Of a stretch of DNA of 64,000 nt, positions 26,738 through 40,617 are shown piece by piece. The notes beneath the pieces were generated by a model. That model searched no databases, was not told where the DNA came from, and saw nothing but the letters and a program-made list of their open reading frames with translations. The stretch is from the human T2T-CHM13v2.0 reference genome, Homo sapiens. Location: assembly GCF_009914755.1 (NCBI RefSeq), contig NC_060928.1; one strand, 5' to 3'. Position numbers and translations under genes: made by a program. Position 1 is the stretch's first letter; each line of letters begins with the position of its first letter.

Positions 26738-29512
26738 TATACATGTCTATATTACAGTGGTGATATTATACTATAGTTTTGCAAAATATTACCACTGGGG
26801 GGAACTGGGTAAAAGTATATGGAATCTCTGTATTATTTCTTGCAATCTACTATGATCTAAAAATAAAAACTTTAAGAAAACAAAATTTATTGTTCAAACA
26901 AACATAGTAACAAGTCAGTGTATAATTTCTGACACTGTGTAAAAGTAAAATGTAAAAAATCCACAGCATAAAGGTTGTCGGAAAGATAGAGGTATACTAG
27001 TGTAAGTTTCTCATGTTATAAATGAACTTTTATAATATTATTTAAAGTAGACTGTGGTAATTTAAAGATGCATACTGTAAACCCTAAGGCAATCACTATA
27101 CTAACACAACAAAGAGCTATAGCTAATGAGCGAAGAAGGAGATACAATGGAATCATAAAAATGTTTAATCTAAAAGCAGGCAACAAGAAAGAAAAATGAG
27201 GCAAAGGAAAGATAGGACCAATAGACAAGGAGTAGGAGGTAGATTTAAACGTAGTCAGGTCAAGAATCATTTTAGCAGAGATTGTCAGTTTATACTGAAA
27301 AGGTAAGGTCCATCTATATTCTGAGTACAGTAAACTCACTTTAGATAAACTCACTTTAAAGACACATATAGGTTAAAAGCAAAAGCATGGAAAAATATAA
27401 AAGGCTAACACTAATTTCAAAAAAGCTGAGTGTCTACATTAACATCAGACAAAGTAGATTTTAGAGCAAAGAATCTTACCAGAGATGAAGAAGGACATTT
27501 TATACTAGCAAACAGGTAAATTCATCAAGACAAAACAATTTGGGACTTTTATGCCACTAATAGTGGAGTGTCAAAATATATAAAGAAGCACCTGACAGAA
27601 TGGCTAAAGATAAAAACAATCCATAAATATAGTTGAAGATTTTAATACCCCTCTTTCTATAGTTGATAGAACAGGTAGGAAGAAAAACCGATAAGGATAT
27701 AGAAGATTTTAAGAACACATAGAGGTGGCAGAGGCAGGACTCAAACCTAGGTCGTGTAGCTCCAGAACCCTTGCTCTTAACCTATAGGCATGCTGATCTG
27801 TATGTTGTAGCCATCAGGATATTTTGCTGTGTCAGTGATTACCCATTTACAATGGATGAATTCACTAAGTTCTAAGTATTAGCCTTCCCTGATTTTCAAA
27901 GATCCTTTTTATCTTTATTAGGTAGAAGACTTGAAGGAGATGCCATTTATGTGGGAGCTTGAAGGGATCCTGCAACAGGCACTGAAGTTGATTTGGTTTC
28001 AGATTTTGTCAGTGTCTGGATGAATTATTTTCTTGAATGAAACACTCTAACCTCAAAAGAGCAACTCACAGTAGTTCACAAAGCATATAGAGCCTAGGTA
28101 GTAGATCGTCTATGCCCTACCTGTAGGCCAACACGCTCAGAGGGGACCCCTTTGCATCTGATCCCACCTTTTACTTTATCTGTTTGTGCTTACAAGAATT
28201 TTCATCCTTCAGTTTCTAAGTGCAGATGTCTTTCAGTTGCATTGATATGTCTGGGCTCAGAACCACATGGTCTAATACAATGAACACTGCACTAGAAGTT
28301 CCAATCTCAAATCTGCTTTTCACTAGCCCTAGTCATTTAATGACTATGATCCTCAGCTTCATCCCCTTTCAATAGGGTCCATAATGGTCATTGTGAAAAT
28401 TGAGATTATGTTTCCTACTCAGTACTACTCAGTGTGGTCACTCACTTGGCCCTTACCATTGTTAGCTTTCTTCCTTCCTAATGAACAAAAAATAGCAAGG
28501 AGCAAACTCAAAACCAGGGCACACAGAAGAGAAGAAGGGCCTGGCAGTCCATGGGAAAGAGTCAGTTTTCTTCATGTAAATGCCTTTTGGGGAGAAACAG
28601 CCTTGCACAGAAGTCTATCAATACAAATTATCCAGATTGTAAACTTGTTTGTATCTCACTTTCCGTTTTCTGCTGACATCTACCCTACATCAATAAAATC
28701 AGCTGAAATAATTTTAAAAGATGCAACAGAAAACTTTCTCTAAATTATAATCTTCCAGCATATTTCAGAATTCACTCCACCTGTATTCTGCGTATTTGAT
28801 CTTGGAACAGAAGATTAGCAAAGTGGAATTGATAATACTTCCTATCTTTGAAAGGTGCTGAAGAGTTAATTCACTAAGCAACAATTTAAAAATAACACCT
28901 GAGTTATCTCAGAGCCATTTTCCTAAAGAGGCTGGTGGAACTACTGAAACAATGTTCTTAAAAGCTTTTTTAGTCCTTCAGTCCCCCAGAGATCATTCAA
29001 GGAGAATATAATTTTATGTGATGAAATGAGAACTGGAGGAGAATATAATAAGTGTTAAGTGATTGAATCAAATTGAGTGTTTGCTAAATGTTTCCTAAAT
29101 GGGTTGACAAAAAAAAAGGCCATGAGATTCCATGTAGCCCTTCAGGACTGGTGGTCTTGACTAGGTCAGATGTCTGAGAAGTTGTGGGGACCACATTTTT
29201 TTATTCAAGCAGTGCTAAAGAAATAATATCTCTTAGAAGAACTATTGATCAGCATTTCATGATTTGATCATTATTCATTCTTAACCTCTCTATGCTGCAG
29301 TGTCTTGATCTGTACAGTGGGAACAAAAATAGCATCTACCTCAAAGGTTTGTGGTGAAGATTGAATAAAAAATTAATTAAGATATATTTTAGAATGGCAT
29401 CTGGTGTACAGTAAGTGCTTGAATAAGTTAGTGATTTTCAATCATATTAATTACTTTCTTCCAGCAAACCTATAGCACCTACTCTGTACTGGGCATTGTG
29501 GTAAGACCTAGT

Positions 29513-29900
29513 GTATCAGTCAGGCTCATAGTTGCAAACAGCAGAATCTATTGTAGCTAATTTAGGCAGAAAATGAATTTTTCAAGAGATATTGCTAGCT
29601 GATAGAATCTCTGGTGGGACAGCTACTGGCCAATAGTGGTAGCCACAGTGCCAGTTTCTACTGCAGGATTGCTCTAATGAACCTTCTGCGGCAACCACTG
29701 ATAAGAAGCTCCCTAGCCTGCGGCCATTGCTGAAAGTCAGACATCCATCTTGTTGGAAATGGATTCAGCATGGTTCCCTGCTTTGGGACACAATATCTGA
29801 ACATAAGGCTCCCACGAGTTCATCTGACTGGGGGAGACCAGGTCACATGCCTAGCTATTCTAGCTGCAAGGGAACCTGGTAAAGTGAGTTTTAGGATTTT
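29513..29900 (-). mobile_element. Old MLT1 (L/M/N-like) LTR
   Basis: tgtatcagtcaggctcatagttgcaaacagcagaa...ccaggtcacatgcctagc..ctagctgcaagggaacctgg. Confidence 0.55.
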
Positions 29901-30009
29901 AACTTGGGGTAAGACTCTTTGAAAGCCATGACAAATGTCCACTAGACCTAGCCTCTGCCATGGAAGAGCACAGTCTAGTGATGAGACAGGGGTATAAATA
30001 ATTATAACA

Positions 30010-30442
30010 TTGGGAGTAGGGAGGTTTGTATTATTATCCAGCACATACCTACTCTCACACCCCACAAAGAGGGAGCCTGCTTAACTTTAGACTTGGTGAT
30101 GTGACCTGCTTTCATTTATGCAATTGTGGGTGAAAAAGATGGTTTGGTAGCTCCAAGCAAAGGTTTTAAGAGGTATTTCAAATTTTCTCTCAGATTTCTG
30201 CCCTCTACCATGAGAACTTCACATTTATGATTGCAGGTGGAAAGTAGACTCTCCTTCAGCCTTGACACTTAAATTGAGAAAAGTTGTGGGTCAGACCCCA
30301 AACTCAACCACAGTCTGGCAGGGCTATAGCATCAAATCCACAGGTATAACATGAGTGAGAAATAGTTATTTGTATTTGTACGCCTTTAAGCTCTGGAGAT
30401 TGTATGTGATAAAGCATTATTATAGACAATGCTGACTTATAC
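30010..30442 (+). mobile_element. MLT1I/J-like LTR
   Basis: tgtgacctgctttc...ccatgagaac...ataacatgagtgagaaata...gctgacttataca. Confidence 0.55.
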
Positions 30443-30969
30443 AAGGAGATAAAGGCAGATACAGGTATATATACCAAATGCTGGAGGAAACTTAGAGGAG
30501 GTGATAATTAACTGGAGACTTTTAGGAATGCATCACAAACGAAGTGACCTTTAGGAAGAGTTTTGCAGGCATTTAGGATTTGTCCAGGAAGAAAAGCCCA
30601 GGGAAGGAAATTTCAGGATGACGTATGCATATGCAAAGGCACAGAGAATTAAAGTGGTCAGACATGTTTTCAGAAATACAATGGGTTAATCCCAGCATAT
30701 CCCAAATTGTAGTGATTTAAGTATCTTGTGTTATCTTTTCAAACCAGCAGTACAATTTTACTTATTATCTTATTGAAATCAATTTACCTTCTTGCTCTGC
30801 TCCCAACCTTAATATCGTTCTAGACAAAAATATTTGTAAAATCTCAAGCCTGATATCTTAATCATTTTTTGAATACATACTAAAATACATGCTTAACTAT
30901 TATAAGTGTAAAAAATAGTTTTCTATGTGTCACCAATGTTATGTGCCCTGTGTTGTCTCTGACTCTGCT

Positions 30970-31420
30970 AGTAGACTATGAAATATGTCTTCTTCCCTGC
31001 TTTATAGTAATAGAAATACATTTTGTTTGAGGAAGCACTGTGCCCAGTTTAAAAATGCTCACCTCTCCAAACTCCTTTGCAGACATCCCTTGAGTTGCCT
31101 GTGTGACCAAATTCTGGCCAATAAAATCTAAGTTTACTGGATGGTACTGGATAAAATTTAGTTGGCAGGTGCCTTTTGCATTTTCATCATCCTATCCCTT
31201 TCTCCCTTTTCTTCTTTTCTGGAGCCTGGATTCAGTCCCTGGAAGTGTGGTAGCCACCTCTGTGAGGATGAAAGGAATATGCTGAGTGGCAGAGCAGAAA
31301 GCTAGACGAAGCCTGGTCCCTGTTGCCTTCATTTTGCAGGTACTGTAGCCCTGCCTGCAGTTGAGCCATTATAGACGAGTGTTCGTTACATGCAGCGTAA
31401 TATAATCTTACCTGACACAT
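30970..31420 (+). mobile_element. LTR33-like ERVL LTR
   Basis: gtgcccagttt...ctcctttgcag...gtgaccaaattctggccaataaaatctaag...gctagacgaagcctggtccctg. Confidence 0.5.
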
Positions 31421-31783
31421 ACGTTCTGGCAAACCCTGGGCTAGAGTATAGCGTTCAAGTCTGCGAGGCCAGGAGGTAATTCTGGGAAGGCTGGCAAGGG
31501 CCACATCCCAAAGATGCTTGCAGAGCAGACAAACAAGTTTTATCTTTGTTTGTTTGTCTTTTGGCAGACAATGGAGTGAAACAATTTGGAAACCAGGGTG
31601 TCATAGATTTAGGGCCCCGTCCAATCACCCGGACTATTTTTAGTTCTTTTCCCATTATCGTGAAACTCATATGGGAGCCAGAAAATCTTATTATTTCTGG
31701 ACCTAATTACATTAACTACAAGCTGGGAAAATCACAGAAGGTCTAGACTTCACTTTGTTCAACTGAAAAATGCCATAGATCCC

Positions 31784-32160
31784 TATATTAGTTTCCTAGA
31801 GCTCTCATAACAGAGTACCACCACTTGGGTGTCTTAAATAGAAGAAGTGTATTGTCCCACAGTTCCAGAGGCCAGAAGTCCAAAATCAAGATATTGGTTC
31901 CAAAGCAGGATTGGATCCTTCTGAGGGCTCTGAGGCGGGATCTGTTCCAGGCCTCTCCAAGCTTCTGGTAGCTGCAGGCATTCCTTGGCTCTGTCTTCAC
32001 ATCATTTTTCTTCTGTGTGTGCCTGGCTCTGTGCCCAAACTCCTTTTCCTAAGGATGCAGTCTTATTGTGAATGCTCTATTTTAAAATAAGGTCACATTC
32101 ACAGGTAATGGGGATTAGAAGTGGAACAGCTTTATGGAGGACACCATTGAACCCATAGCA
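31784..32160 (-). mobile_element. MLT1C-like LTR
   Basis: tatattagtttcctagagct...cacagttccagaggccagaagtccaaaatcaag...aaataaggtcacattcacagg...cccatagca. Confidence 0.8.
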
Positions 32161-33465
32161 ATGCCCATCTCTCAGAGTTGTGAATATCACATGGCATGCA
32201 TTGGCATGGGTTGGAAAACAAGGCACTGTGGGAGGGTGGAGAATTGCGCATCATGTGTGCTGGTGCATTGATGGAACAGAACACAACAGCCTGAAGAAGT
32301 GGAATGTGAAAGAGGGACACTGGGTCCTGATTCTGTCATGGACATTGTCACCAGCTGGTGACTGGGAGCCACTTTCTCGCTTTCGTCTCAATCACTGTGA
32401 AACGATAATAACCTCAACTGGCCTCTCTCTGCCTAGTTTCTGATACTGTTGGATATTCTGGGCCAGCCATTCGAACTTTCACAGAAACTTTCCTTCCCCA
32501 AGGTTTTCTGACTTTAGGCCTTACCTTAGCCGAGTGGGCTGTTGCTGAGGTCTGAGTATCAAAATGTACAATGGTGGTAATGAAAGTAACAAGCTTATAA
32601 CAATAAAGCCAATTGGACCACTTTTAGAAAGGTCTAAGATATTATTTGTCTAGCTGATGAGAGGATTAGCTTGAGCAGAGAAGGTTTCTGTGGAGCAAAG
32701 AAGTTGATTAACTTGGATGCTAGAGAATTCTCTGTAGTGTGAACTCTGTTTGTTGTGGGAAAAACCTTGAGTAAACAAGTAGTGAAAATGTAGGACAAGC
32801 AATTTTATCTTTTATTCCTAGAGAAGGGGTCCTAGTTCTTGTTCAGTTTCTTTAATTGCTTTATGAGGAAGATTGTTTCTTGAGAGTGAAATGTTTTAAA
32901 TATTGCCTGGATTTAAAATTGGGTAAGGAGGTCAGCACTGCCTGACCCAGCTTAAATTTCCAAAGGGCCAATCACAAGTATATTGCACATAGACTCAGCT
33001 GGCTGCAAGGCAGAGATTTTATTTTCAAGATGACAGTTTCATTTCAGTTCATTTCACCCACACTTGGAAGGGGAGAGAGCTTCCTATGAAATTAACTGAG
33101 CACCATTTCTTATTTCATTTTTGCTTTTCTAATTAAGGATTCAGGTTTGTGGCTGCCTTTCCAGCCAGGTTCATGTTGAACTGGCAGACTCAGCTGTTTA
33201 GAAATAGAACTTGAGCTTTGAAGTTCAATATTTCTTGGTTCATTTCCAGGTTCTGCTGCTTACAAGTGCTGTGGCTTTGGGTACTTAATCTCTGGATTCA
33301 ACTGTAAGATAGGAAAAATAATTACATAAAATAGCAAGTTCTAATTGACCTGTGGAGTAAGGTGCCCAGTAAATTTGTAATTTCTGTTTTTCCCATTACG
33401 GAACCTTCCTCCCAGGATTCTGTTCTTCCAGATGAAACTTGAACCTGCTAGGTTTAGCCATTTAG

Positions 33466-33490
33466 CTATGTATCTATCCATGTATTTATG

Positions 33491-33523
<33 letters not shown>

Positions 33524-33565
33524 GTCTATCTATATCATCTATGTATGTATGTATGTATGTATGTA

Positions 33566-33632
<67 letters not shown>
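33466..33632. repeat. Compound tetranucleotide STR (TCTA/TGTA/TCTG)
   Basis: Blocks of TCTA, TATG and TCTG followed by a long TCTA run. Confidence 0.97.
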
Positions 33633-34049
33633 CTATTCTTCCATGCATCCATTCATATTTTGATCATTCCTTCTTCCTTTTTCCTATCACCCAAACTTAT
33701 TCTTCCTGTATTGTGTCCCATTAGAGGCTCTTTGTATATCTGAAACTTACCTAATAAACTAATTCATGGGAATGTTTAAAGGCTTAGAGAATAAAACATT
33801 TTAAAGCTAGAAAGAGCTTTAGAATTTTAGTCCAAATATCTTAATTTACTTATGAAGACTGTGGAGTAATTTGGGCAATGGTTCATGGTTTAGTGGGAAT
33901 ATCATACTAATTTGCGTAGGTTTCCCAGACCTCAAATGCAGTGAAACTAAACAGATGAAACATTTTCCCATACTTGTATTTTACCATGAGGAAAGATGAT
34001 GGTGATTATGATGATGGTGGTGATTATGTTGATAACAACAACACACATT

Positions 34050-34270
34050 CTTTTTAGCCTTTCTCCTGTACCTAATATTACACTCATGTAGTACCTCATT
34101 TTATCCTCCAAAAATCTTCTTTGATGCATATATTGTGATTTTATAGATGAGGAAACTGATATTTAGAGAGGTTAAGTAATTTGCCTAAGGTAATACAGCT
34201 GGGAAGTGGAGGAGCCAAGATTTGAACATTACTTTGAATTTAAAATTCAAATTTAAGCTCTTAATCTCTA
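34050..34270 (-). mobile_element. MIR SINE
   Basis: ttttatagatgaggaaactga...gagaggttaagtaatttgcctaaggt...ggagccaagatttgaac. Confidence 0.8.
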
Positions 34271-35441
34271 TCCTCTTCTGCTGGCATAATCAGGCCAGAA
34301 AGTGGTGGTGGTGATGATGATGATGATGACAATGATATCACTGAATGTTTATCGAGAATTTACTGTATACTAAGCACACAGTAAATTAACACATATGATC
34401 ATGCATTAACACACTTAATCATCACACAACCCAATAAGGTCAATGCCTTTATTGTCCCATTTTTTGAATATGGATATGGAGGCAGAGAGAGGAAGTTAAG
34501 GATCTTGCCCCACAGCTAGAGATGGTAGATTTGAATTACAGCCCAGCTATTGTGTTCTCAGAGTCCTTACTCCAAACCACTGCTCAGGGCAGTTTGTTTT
34601 GCAAAGGCAGGGAGTGTGGCAGACTGGGGTATGAAGTGGGCAGCAAGGTTGTCTACATTTCAGGTTGCACACGGGAATGCACCATGAATATATCCAGCTA
34701 ATGAAATTATGTACACAAAGGTATTTTGTAAAGTCTAAATCACAATCATGGTTACCATTACCTATTCTCAGCCTTGCCTAGGACATGGCCAACAACAGCT
34801 CTGTTTTACCAGTGAGGTCTGAGTCACAAGGACTTAGTGTTTGTCCCTGGGATGAGAATCCCATCCTCTGAGAGCTCATAACCAGAACAGTTTGGAACCA
34901 GGGCAATCTCTGTGGCCTGAGTGTCCATAGAGAGCCAGGGAGACAATGTGATTGGGTGAAGATTAAACTATGGGAATAATCTTGACTTCTTGCAAAAACA
35001 ATATGGCCCACTTACATTATTTCTGATACACAATCAGTTCTTTTTTAACTTTTTCAATGTTTCAAAGTAAGGATAGTGGGATAATCACTTTCTTCATAAT
35101 TCTACCAGAAGCCAAGGGGCAAATAACAACCCATTTGCTCTCTAGCCTCAGAACTGGGGAGTTGTGGGATCTGGCATTAAAGGGTGAGCTCTGGACACAT
35201 CAGAGGAGCCAATTATTATTCAACAATTATTAGTACAAACTGTATTGATCAGGATCTATTGGGAAAACTGATACATCAATCATTTCAAAGTGGAGAATTA
35301 TTACAAGGAATAATTAAACAAGTTAACGGACGGAAAGGCTTAAGGATCACACTAAGATAACACTCAGCTGGTAACTGCAGGATGCTGCTACACTGCTAGT
35401 GGCTGGAGCAACAAGAAAGAGAGAATGTGGTTCTTAGAGCC

Positions 35442-35788
35442 TAGTGCTGCCAATTCCAATACAGAGGCCACCAGCCCCACGTGGCCGTTGAGAACCTGAA
35501 AAGCAGCCAGCCTGAATAGGGAAGTGCTGCTATAAGTGCGAAATGCACACTAGATTTCAAAGTCCTAGTGTATAAAAAAGCAATGTAAAATATTTCATTA
35601 AAAGTTTTAAATATTAATTACATGTTGGAATAATAATATTTTGGGTGAGTTGAATTAAGTAGCATTTATGGTTGAAATTAATTTCCTCTGTTTCTTTGTG
35701 TCTTTTGAAAAGTGGCTACTAGAAAATTTAAAATTACATAGGTGATTTTAATTTGTAGCTCTCATTATACTTCTGTTGGACAGCACTA
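35442..35788. mobile_element. MER33 (hAT-Charlie), apparently nested in an old ERVL LTR (~35240-36170)
   Basis: gccaccagccccacgtggccgttgag...gtggctactagaaaatttaaaattacata...ttggacagcact. Confidence 0.8.
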
Positions 35789-37950
35789 ACTTAAAAGCTT
35801 GGAGCAGAGGCCCCATGTTTCAGAAACCCAGACCTCCAAGGAGGTGAGTGGGATGATGGCTGGTGCTTGAATCTCAGTGAAGGGGAGTGACCACGCTAAT
35901 TTGGGGGCATGTTGAAAAACCACAAATGGGAATCACTACTCTATCAGGGTCAAGAACTTTTGCTTGGGTGACAATGATGAAGAGGAAAGACACAGGAAGG
36001 TATGTGTCCTTTCTTTCTCCTCTACATTTCAGACTGTCTCCGCAATGCTTCTTATTAGCAGAACCCAACAGGGAATCAGATGGCAAAAGAGAAATGTTTG
36101 CAGAGTTCCAGCATCTGCCTCACGACCGGTGTAAGAAAGGGTGGGCTTGGCATTAAGAGTCAGTGGTTTAATAACCAGCATGACTGGCATTGCAAAAACT
36201 ACTTATTTCTCAAGAAAGCAGGAATTCTAGATTGCTTTTTAATGCGAAATTTTCCTAGTTCTAACTGATAACTAAATATTTTCTTAAAAATTATACAGTC
36301 TAAAGAAAGTACATCTGTAGGTTCCGTTTCTTGTTGGTAATGATCTGGGGACCATGGTCTGGATGTCTCAAGATCCCATGCAGCTCTGACTTCTATGTTT
36401 CTATGAGCATTTGATATGTGGGTAATAAAAAAATTGAAGTTCCCTGGGGAGAGACCACTGTGGGCTGTAGTCTAGGAAGACTTCCTGGAGGAGGAGAGGC
36501 CTGGAGTGAGTTCTTGGATATTCTTACCAGTAAGCATGCCCTTATACAATACCCTTAGTCCATCACTGGCAGCTTTTTCCTTTGCTTGCCCCCATGTGTC
36601 TGCAAATACTGGTCGGAGAGTGCCAGCATTGTTTATAATCAAGGGTGGGGTTTGCCTGGGCCAAAAGCTGAGTTTGTTTAGACCCAAATAAGGCATCCCA
36701 TTGACAGCCTCTCCAGAGTAACTTGGAGGCAAGTCATGACTTTCAGATGCGGGTGGTGTTGGGGGGATCTTGAAACTGCTCAGGAAAAATGGCTCTTTGT
36801 TGAGTTATTTCTTGTTGTTCATATGAAACGGGGGTGAATCTCAAAAGTATACGTTTCCATTTCTAAATGTTGATGTTTGTTTAGTGATAAGGAAAGAATA
36901 AGATCATGTAATAAATCTTTCAGAAATTAAAATGCTAATGCCAGTCTTTAAAGTTTGATAAGGAAGAACCTTTAAGTATGCTTGTGAAAATCTAATATGG
37001 AATTATTACTGGCATTTTAAAACTCTTTAAAAAATTTCAGCCTGGATTGCAATGTATTCCAGGCCAAGCCCTTCTCTAGGGAAAAAACAATGGGTATGCA
37101 ACTGTTTACAGGAGAAAGTTGGTGCAGATACACTGATGAATTCCCATCTGACTTTAGTTCTTGAGTCTTGCAGGAGCCCTTCTCTTGGCTGTTCACTCCA
37201 TCCAGCCATCTCCACTGGAGCCCACTTAAGGAACTTTTCCAACTTCAGAACTTACGGTTTACAAAATCACTGCAGCCCCTAATGTCCTGGGACTTTCAAA
37301 CTTCTGTTTGTGTTTTAGTTTGTGCCCTGTGGCTACATAGCTTGTTGGAGGCTACTTCTAGGAAGAGCTCACAATGGAGTCTTTACAGGCTTGACGTTCA
37401 CTAGACCTTGCAGTGTTAGACACTTTGCTTTGGAATCAGGTGCTAAGACTAGTGATATGGAGATGCAGTCAGGCCTATTGCCTGAGCTCCAGCTGTGGAC
37501 AGTGCATCAGCATAGGAGCCAAAGGTGACTGACCCTGAAGAGTGGCTGTGGGATGGCCAGCCACCTGCTGGGTGGCCTGGAGTGAACTCTAGCTAACAGA
37601 GGTGCTCCATGCTGAGTGGTGGCAATGTCAACCATCCAATTCCTATCTTAGCAGAAATATAAATTTATGATAAATGAAGAGAAGGTATCTCATTCCAGAT
37701 TTCTTTCTGTAGCAATGATGAGTTATTTCTTTGATTTTTCTGTTGACCTACTGTGTACTCCAGTGTCAAAAGAGCTGAAACTCAATGGTATAGTTGGTTT
37801 GTTCTTTCATTCAAGTGTTTATTAAGATGCCTAATATGGGGCAATCACTTTACTGGAGTCTAGGGATACAGCTATCCACAAAACAGTCTTTGCTATCATG
37901 GAACATACTCACTACCATTGGGAAAGGAAGGTAGTAAAAACACAACTACA

Positions 37951-38030
37951 AGGTAGTATGTAAGTTCTGTGATGGAGATAAGTACATGGTAGGTAGTATG
38001 TAAGTTCTGTGATGGAGATAAGTACATGGT
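37951..38030. repeat. Perfect 40-bp tandem duplication within an L2 relic
   Basis: aggtagtatgtaagttctgtgatggagataagtacatggt occurs twice, identical. Confidence 0.95.
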
Positions 38031-39710
38031 AATATGGAAGCACAGAGAAGGGGTCACTAGCTTGGTGTAAGGGTGTTAGGGAAGCTTCCAGAGGAAGTGT
38101 GGGGCAAAACAAGAATTGAGCGATGTATAGAAGTTAGCCACAGAAAGGGGGGGCTTTCTATGCTACCTAGACATCTTTGCAAGAAGCCTCCAATTCCAAA
38201 GGTCATCTATGCATGACTTTGGATCCCTGAGCAGTTTTACTCTAATTGACCAGCTCAGAGTTTGTAGCTTAGTGGCCTTAGGAGATCAGTCCTTGGTGTA
38301 AGGAAACTGATCCAGGCTTCTCACCGTATCTCCAGCCCACACGTTAGATGTGACTGAAACATGTAATGAAGCATCCAGGGGCAGTCACCATACAGAAGTC
38401 AGAAAAAAATGATGGATAACTTGGGCCCCTCACTGACCCCTGTGAATGGAAGTTCTGAGCAGAATTAGATAGTCCAATACAGAAAATAATGTGGCATGCT
38501 CTCTGAAATGTAACAGCTCTATTTCTATACTAACCCTCCCCTTAACTAGCCAACAATTTTGCTCTAAGGGACGAGATAAACCACAAACTTAATTCTATTC
38601 AATTCCTCATCTTATATCAAGAGTTAGTGTAAAACTCATCTCTTCTCCAGCCAGAAGAACTATCTCTTTCTCTCTGTGTTTCCATAGCACATGTTCTGTG
38701 TTCTTTAATATCATAGCCTTTAATCTGTGTTCTGCTTGGGAAGTGGGGAGGTGACTTATGGATGGCTTTGAAACTCTCAGTAGATTGAGTGCTTCTGGAA
38801 GGCAAGACCTATTTTTTGTCTTAAGGTCTTGCACTTAGTAGGAGTTCTAAAAATAATTTTTGAAATGAATTGCTGAGAGACTTGAAGTATAGTCACCATC
38901 TTCTGGACAGATAACTTGACTTAGGAGCACTTTTCATGCTTACTTGTTTTTGGTTGGGAATGTATCTGCAGGTGAAGAGAATACTGGAAAGAATAGAAAC
39001 TTTTAAAGGGTTCAACACATATTTTTTCTCAAAACTTGTCTGGAAACCTGCATGACATCTATTGCAAAAAACATTAGGATTCTAGAGAGTTAAACTCTAT
39101 GCTGTTACCTGTGTCTCGTGCTGTGATGCTGTCAAAGGGCTACTTTCCTGGGTCAGCTTCTTAGGTGACTCTTATAAGAAGAGGACAAGAGCTATTACAG
39201 TGGAGCCTGCAAAAGAGCATGCACTCAATACTCAATGTTAGTTAAGTCCTTATTCTCATATTCCAAGTCTGGAGAATTAGGCTTTTATCGGTGAACTCCC
39301 TTTACAAAATATGCACGCTTTCCAGGCTCTCTGGCTGCTGCTGTTCTCCCTTCGTCCCCAATACCACAGGCTCTGAAACTTCACCATTAATTACTGATTC
39401 CTTTGTAATTAACAGAGCCCTGTATTAAGAGACAGGTTCCCTCTCCTGCAGGGAGCAACAGTTCAGCTCCAATGAATGAATCTCAACAATCATTTTTGTT
39501 GTTGTTGTCAATATGAGGGCTTTGGCCTTAGAGGACACAGAAGGAGTATGCTGCCTTGAAATACATCATGGTATTGGAAATTCAAGTCTCAGTACAAAGA
39601 AAGTTGGCTTTCCTGGGAAGCTGATTTGTTTTTATTTTTGGGCCCTACTGTTGGTGGGGGTGGGTAATAGAACCCACTAAGATAGTGCTTCTGACCTCAC
39701 TCTACCCTCC

Positions 39711-40067
39711 TGGATTAGTCTGTTCTCATGCTGCTAATAAAGACATACCCAAGACTGGGTAATTTACAAAGGAAAGAGGTTTAATGGACTCACAGTTCCA
39801 CATGGCTGGGGAGGCCTCACAATCATGGTGGAAGGCGAAGGAGAAGCAAAGTCATGTCTTACAAGGCAGCAGGCAAGAGAGAGCTAGTGCAGGGGCACTC
39901 TCATTTATAAAAGCATCAGATTTCTTGAGAGTTATTCATTATCATGAGAACAGCATGGGAAAAACCCTTATGATTCAATCACCTCCCACCAGGTCCCTTC
40001 CATGACAAGTGGGAATTATGGGAGCTACAATTCAAAATTTGGGTGGGGACACAGCCAAACCATGTCA
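39711..40067 (-). mobile_element. THE1 solo LTR
   Basis: tggattagtctgttctcatgctgctaataaagacataccc...acagccaaaccatgtca; TSD cctcc/cttcc. Confidence 0.92.
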
Positions 40068-40586
40068 CTTCCTGTCTGGGCAGTGGAGTGACTTACTGGA
40101 TCAATGAACTTGAGAAGGGAAAGTGAGTGCAGCCTCTTCCCAACTCATTGCTCTTATGAAGGCAGCACGGGTTCTGTTTGGTTTGCTGTCATATGGCAAA
40201 GTAGGCCTCTCTGACAAGTCTTCAGGGCTGCAGGGCCACCTCTGACTGGCTGGCTAAGTCTCTCCAATTCAGTTTAGGAAGGCTTCCTTCCTGCATACAT
40301 CAGCCATATTTTCCACGTCAGCATTGTCAGTAGCACTATGATATTTGAATATTTACGTAACTCAACTCATATTCAACTTAAATTGATACAAAATTTTGTC
40401 AGGAAAGTGGCTCCTTTTATTGATTAGAATCCCTCTCACTCTAACATATAAAAATCACAATTCATGATTCACCCTTTGCCTTGATCTTCAGGAAATTTTC
40501 AACCCAAAACATAAGATGGTTAACAAGTGTAATGATACACAGCAAAATATAAACAAAATACAAAGGGACTGGTATAATTTTTCTTT

Positions 40587-40589
<3 letters not shown>

Positions 40590-40616
<27 letters not shown>
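40590..40616. repeat. Poly(T)27 tract
   Basis: Pure T run with no recognisable attached SINE body. Confidence 0.95.

Positions 40617-40617
<1 letters not shown>

Larger units (their letters stand above)
23715..27720 (+). mobile_element. Ancient L1M 5' region / ORF1 / start of ORF2, interrupted by nested elements
   Basis: A-rich L1 strand bias; ORF1-like cacagatccaagaacctcaatgaacccaaagc and ORF2-endonuclease-like acatcagacaaagtagattttagagcaaag. Confidence 0.7.

Noticed and set aside
33432-33743. ORFs with YLSI repeats
   Set aside because: Translation of the TCTA microsatellite.
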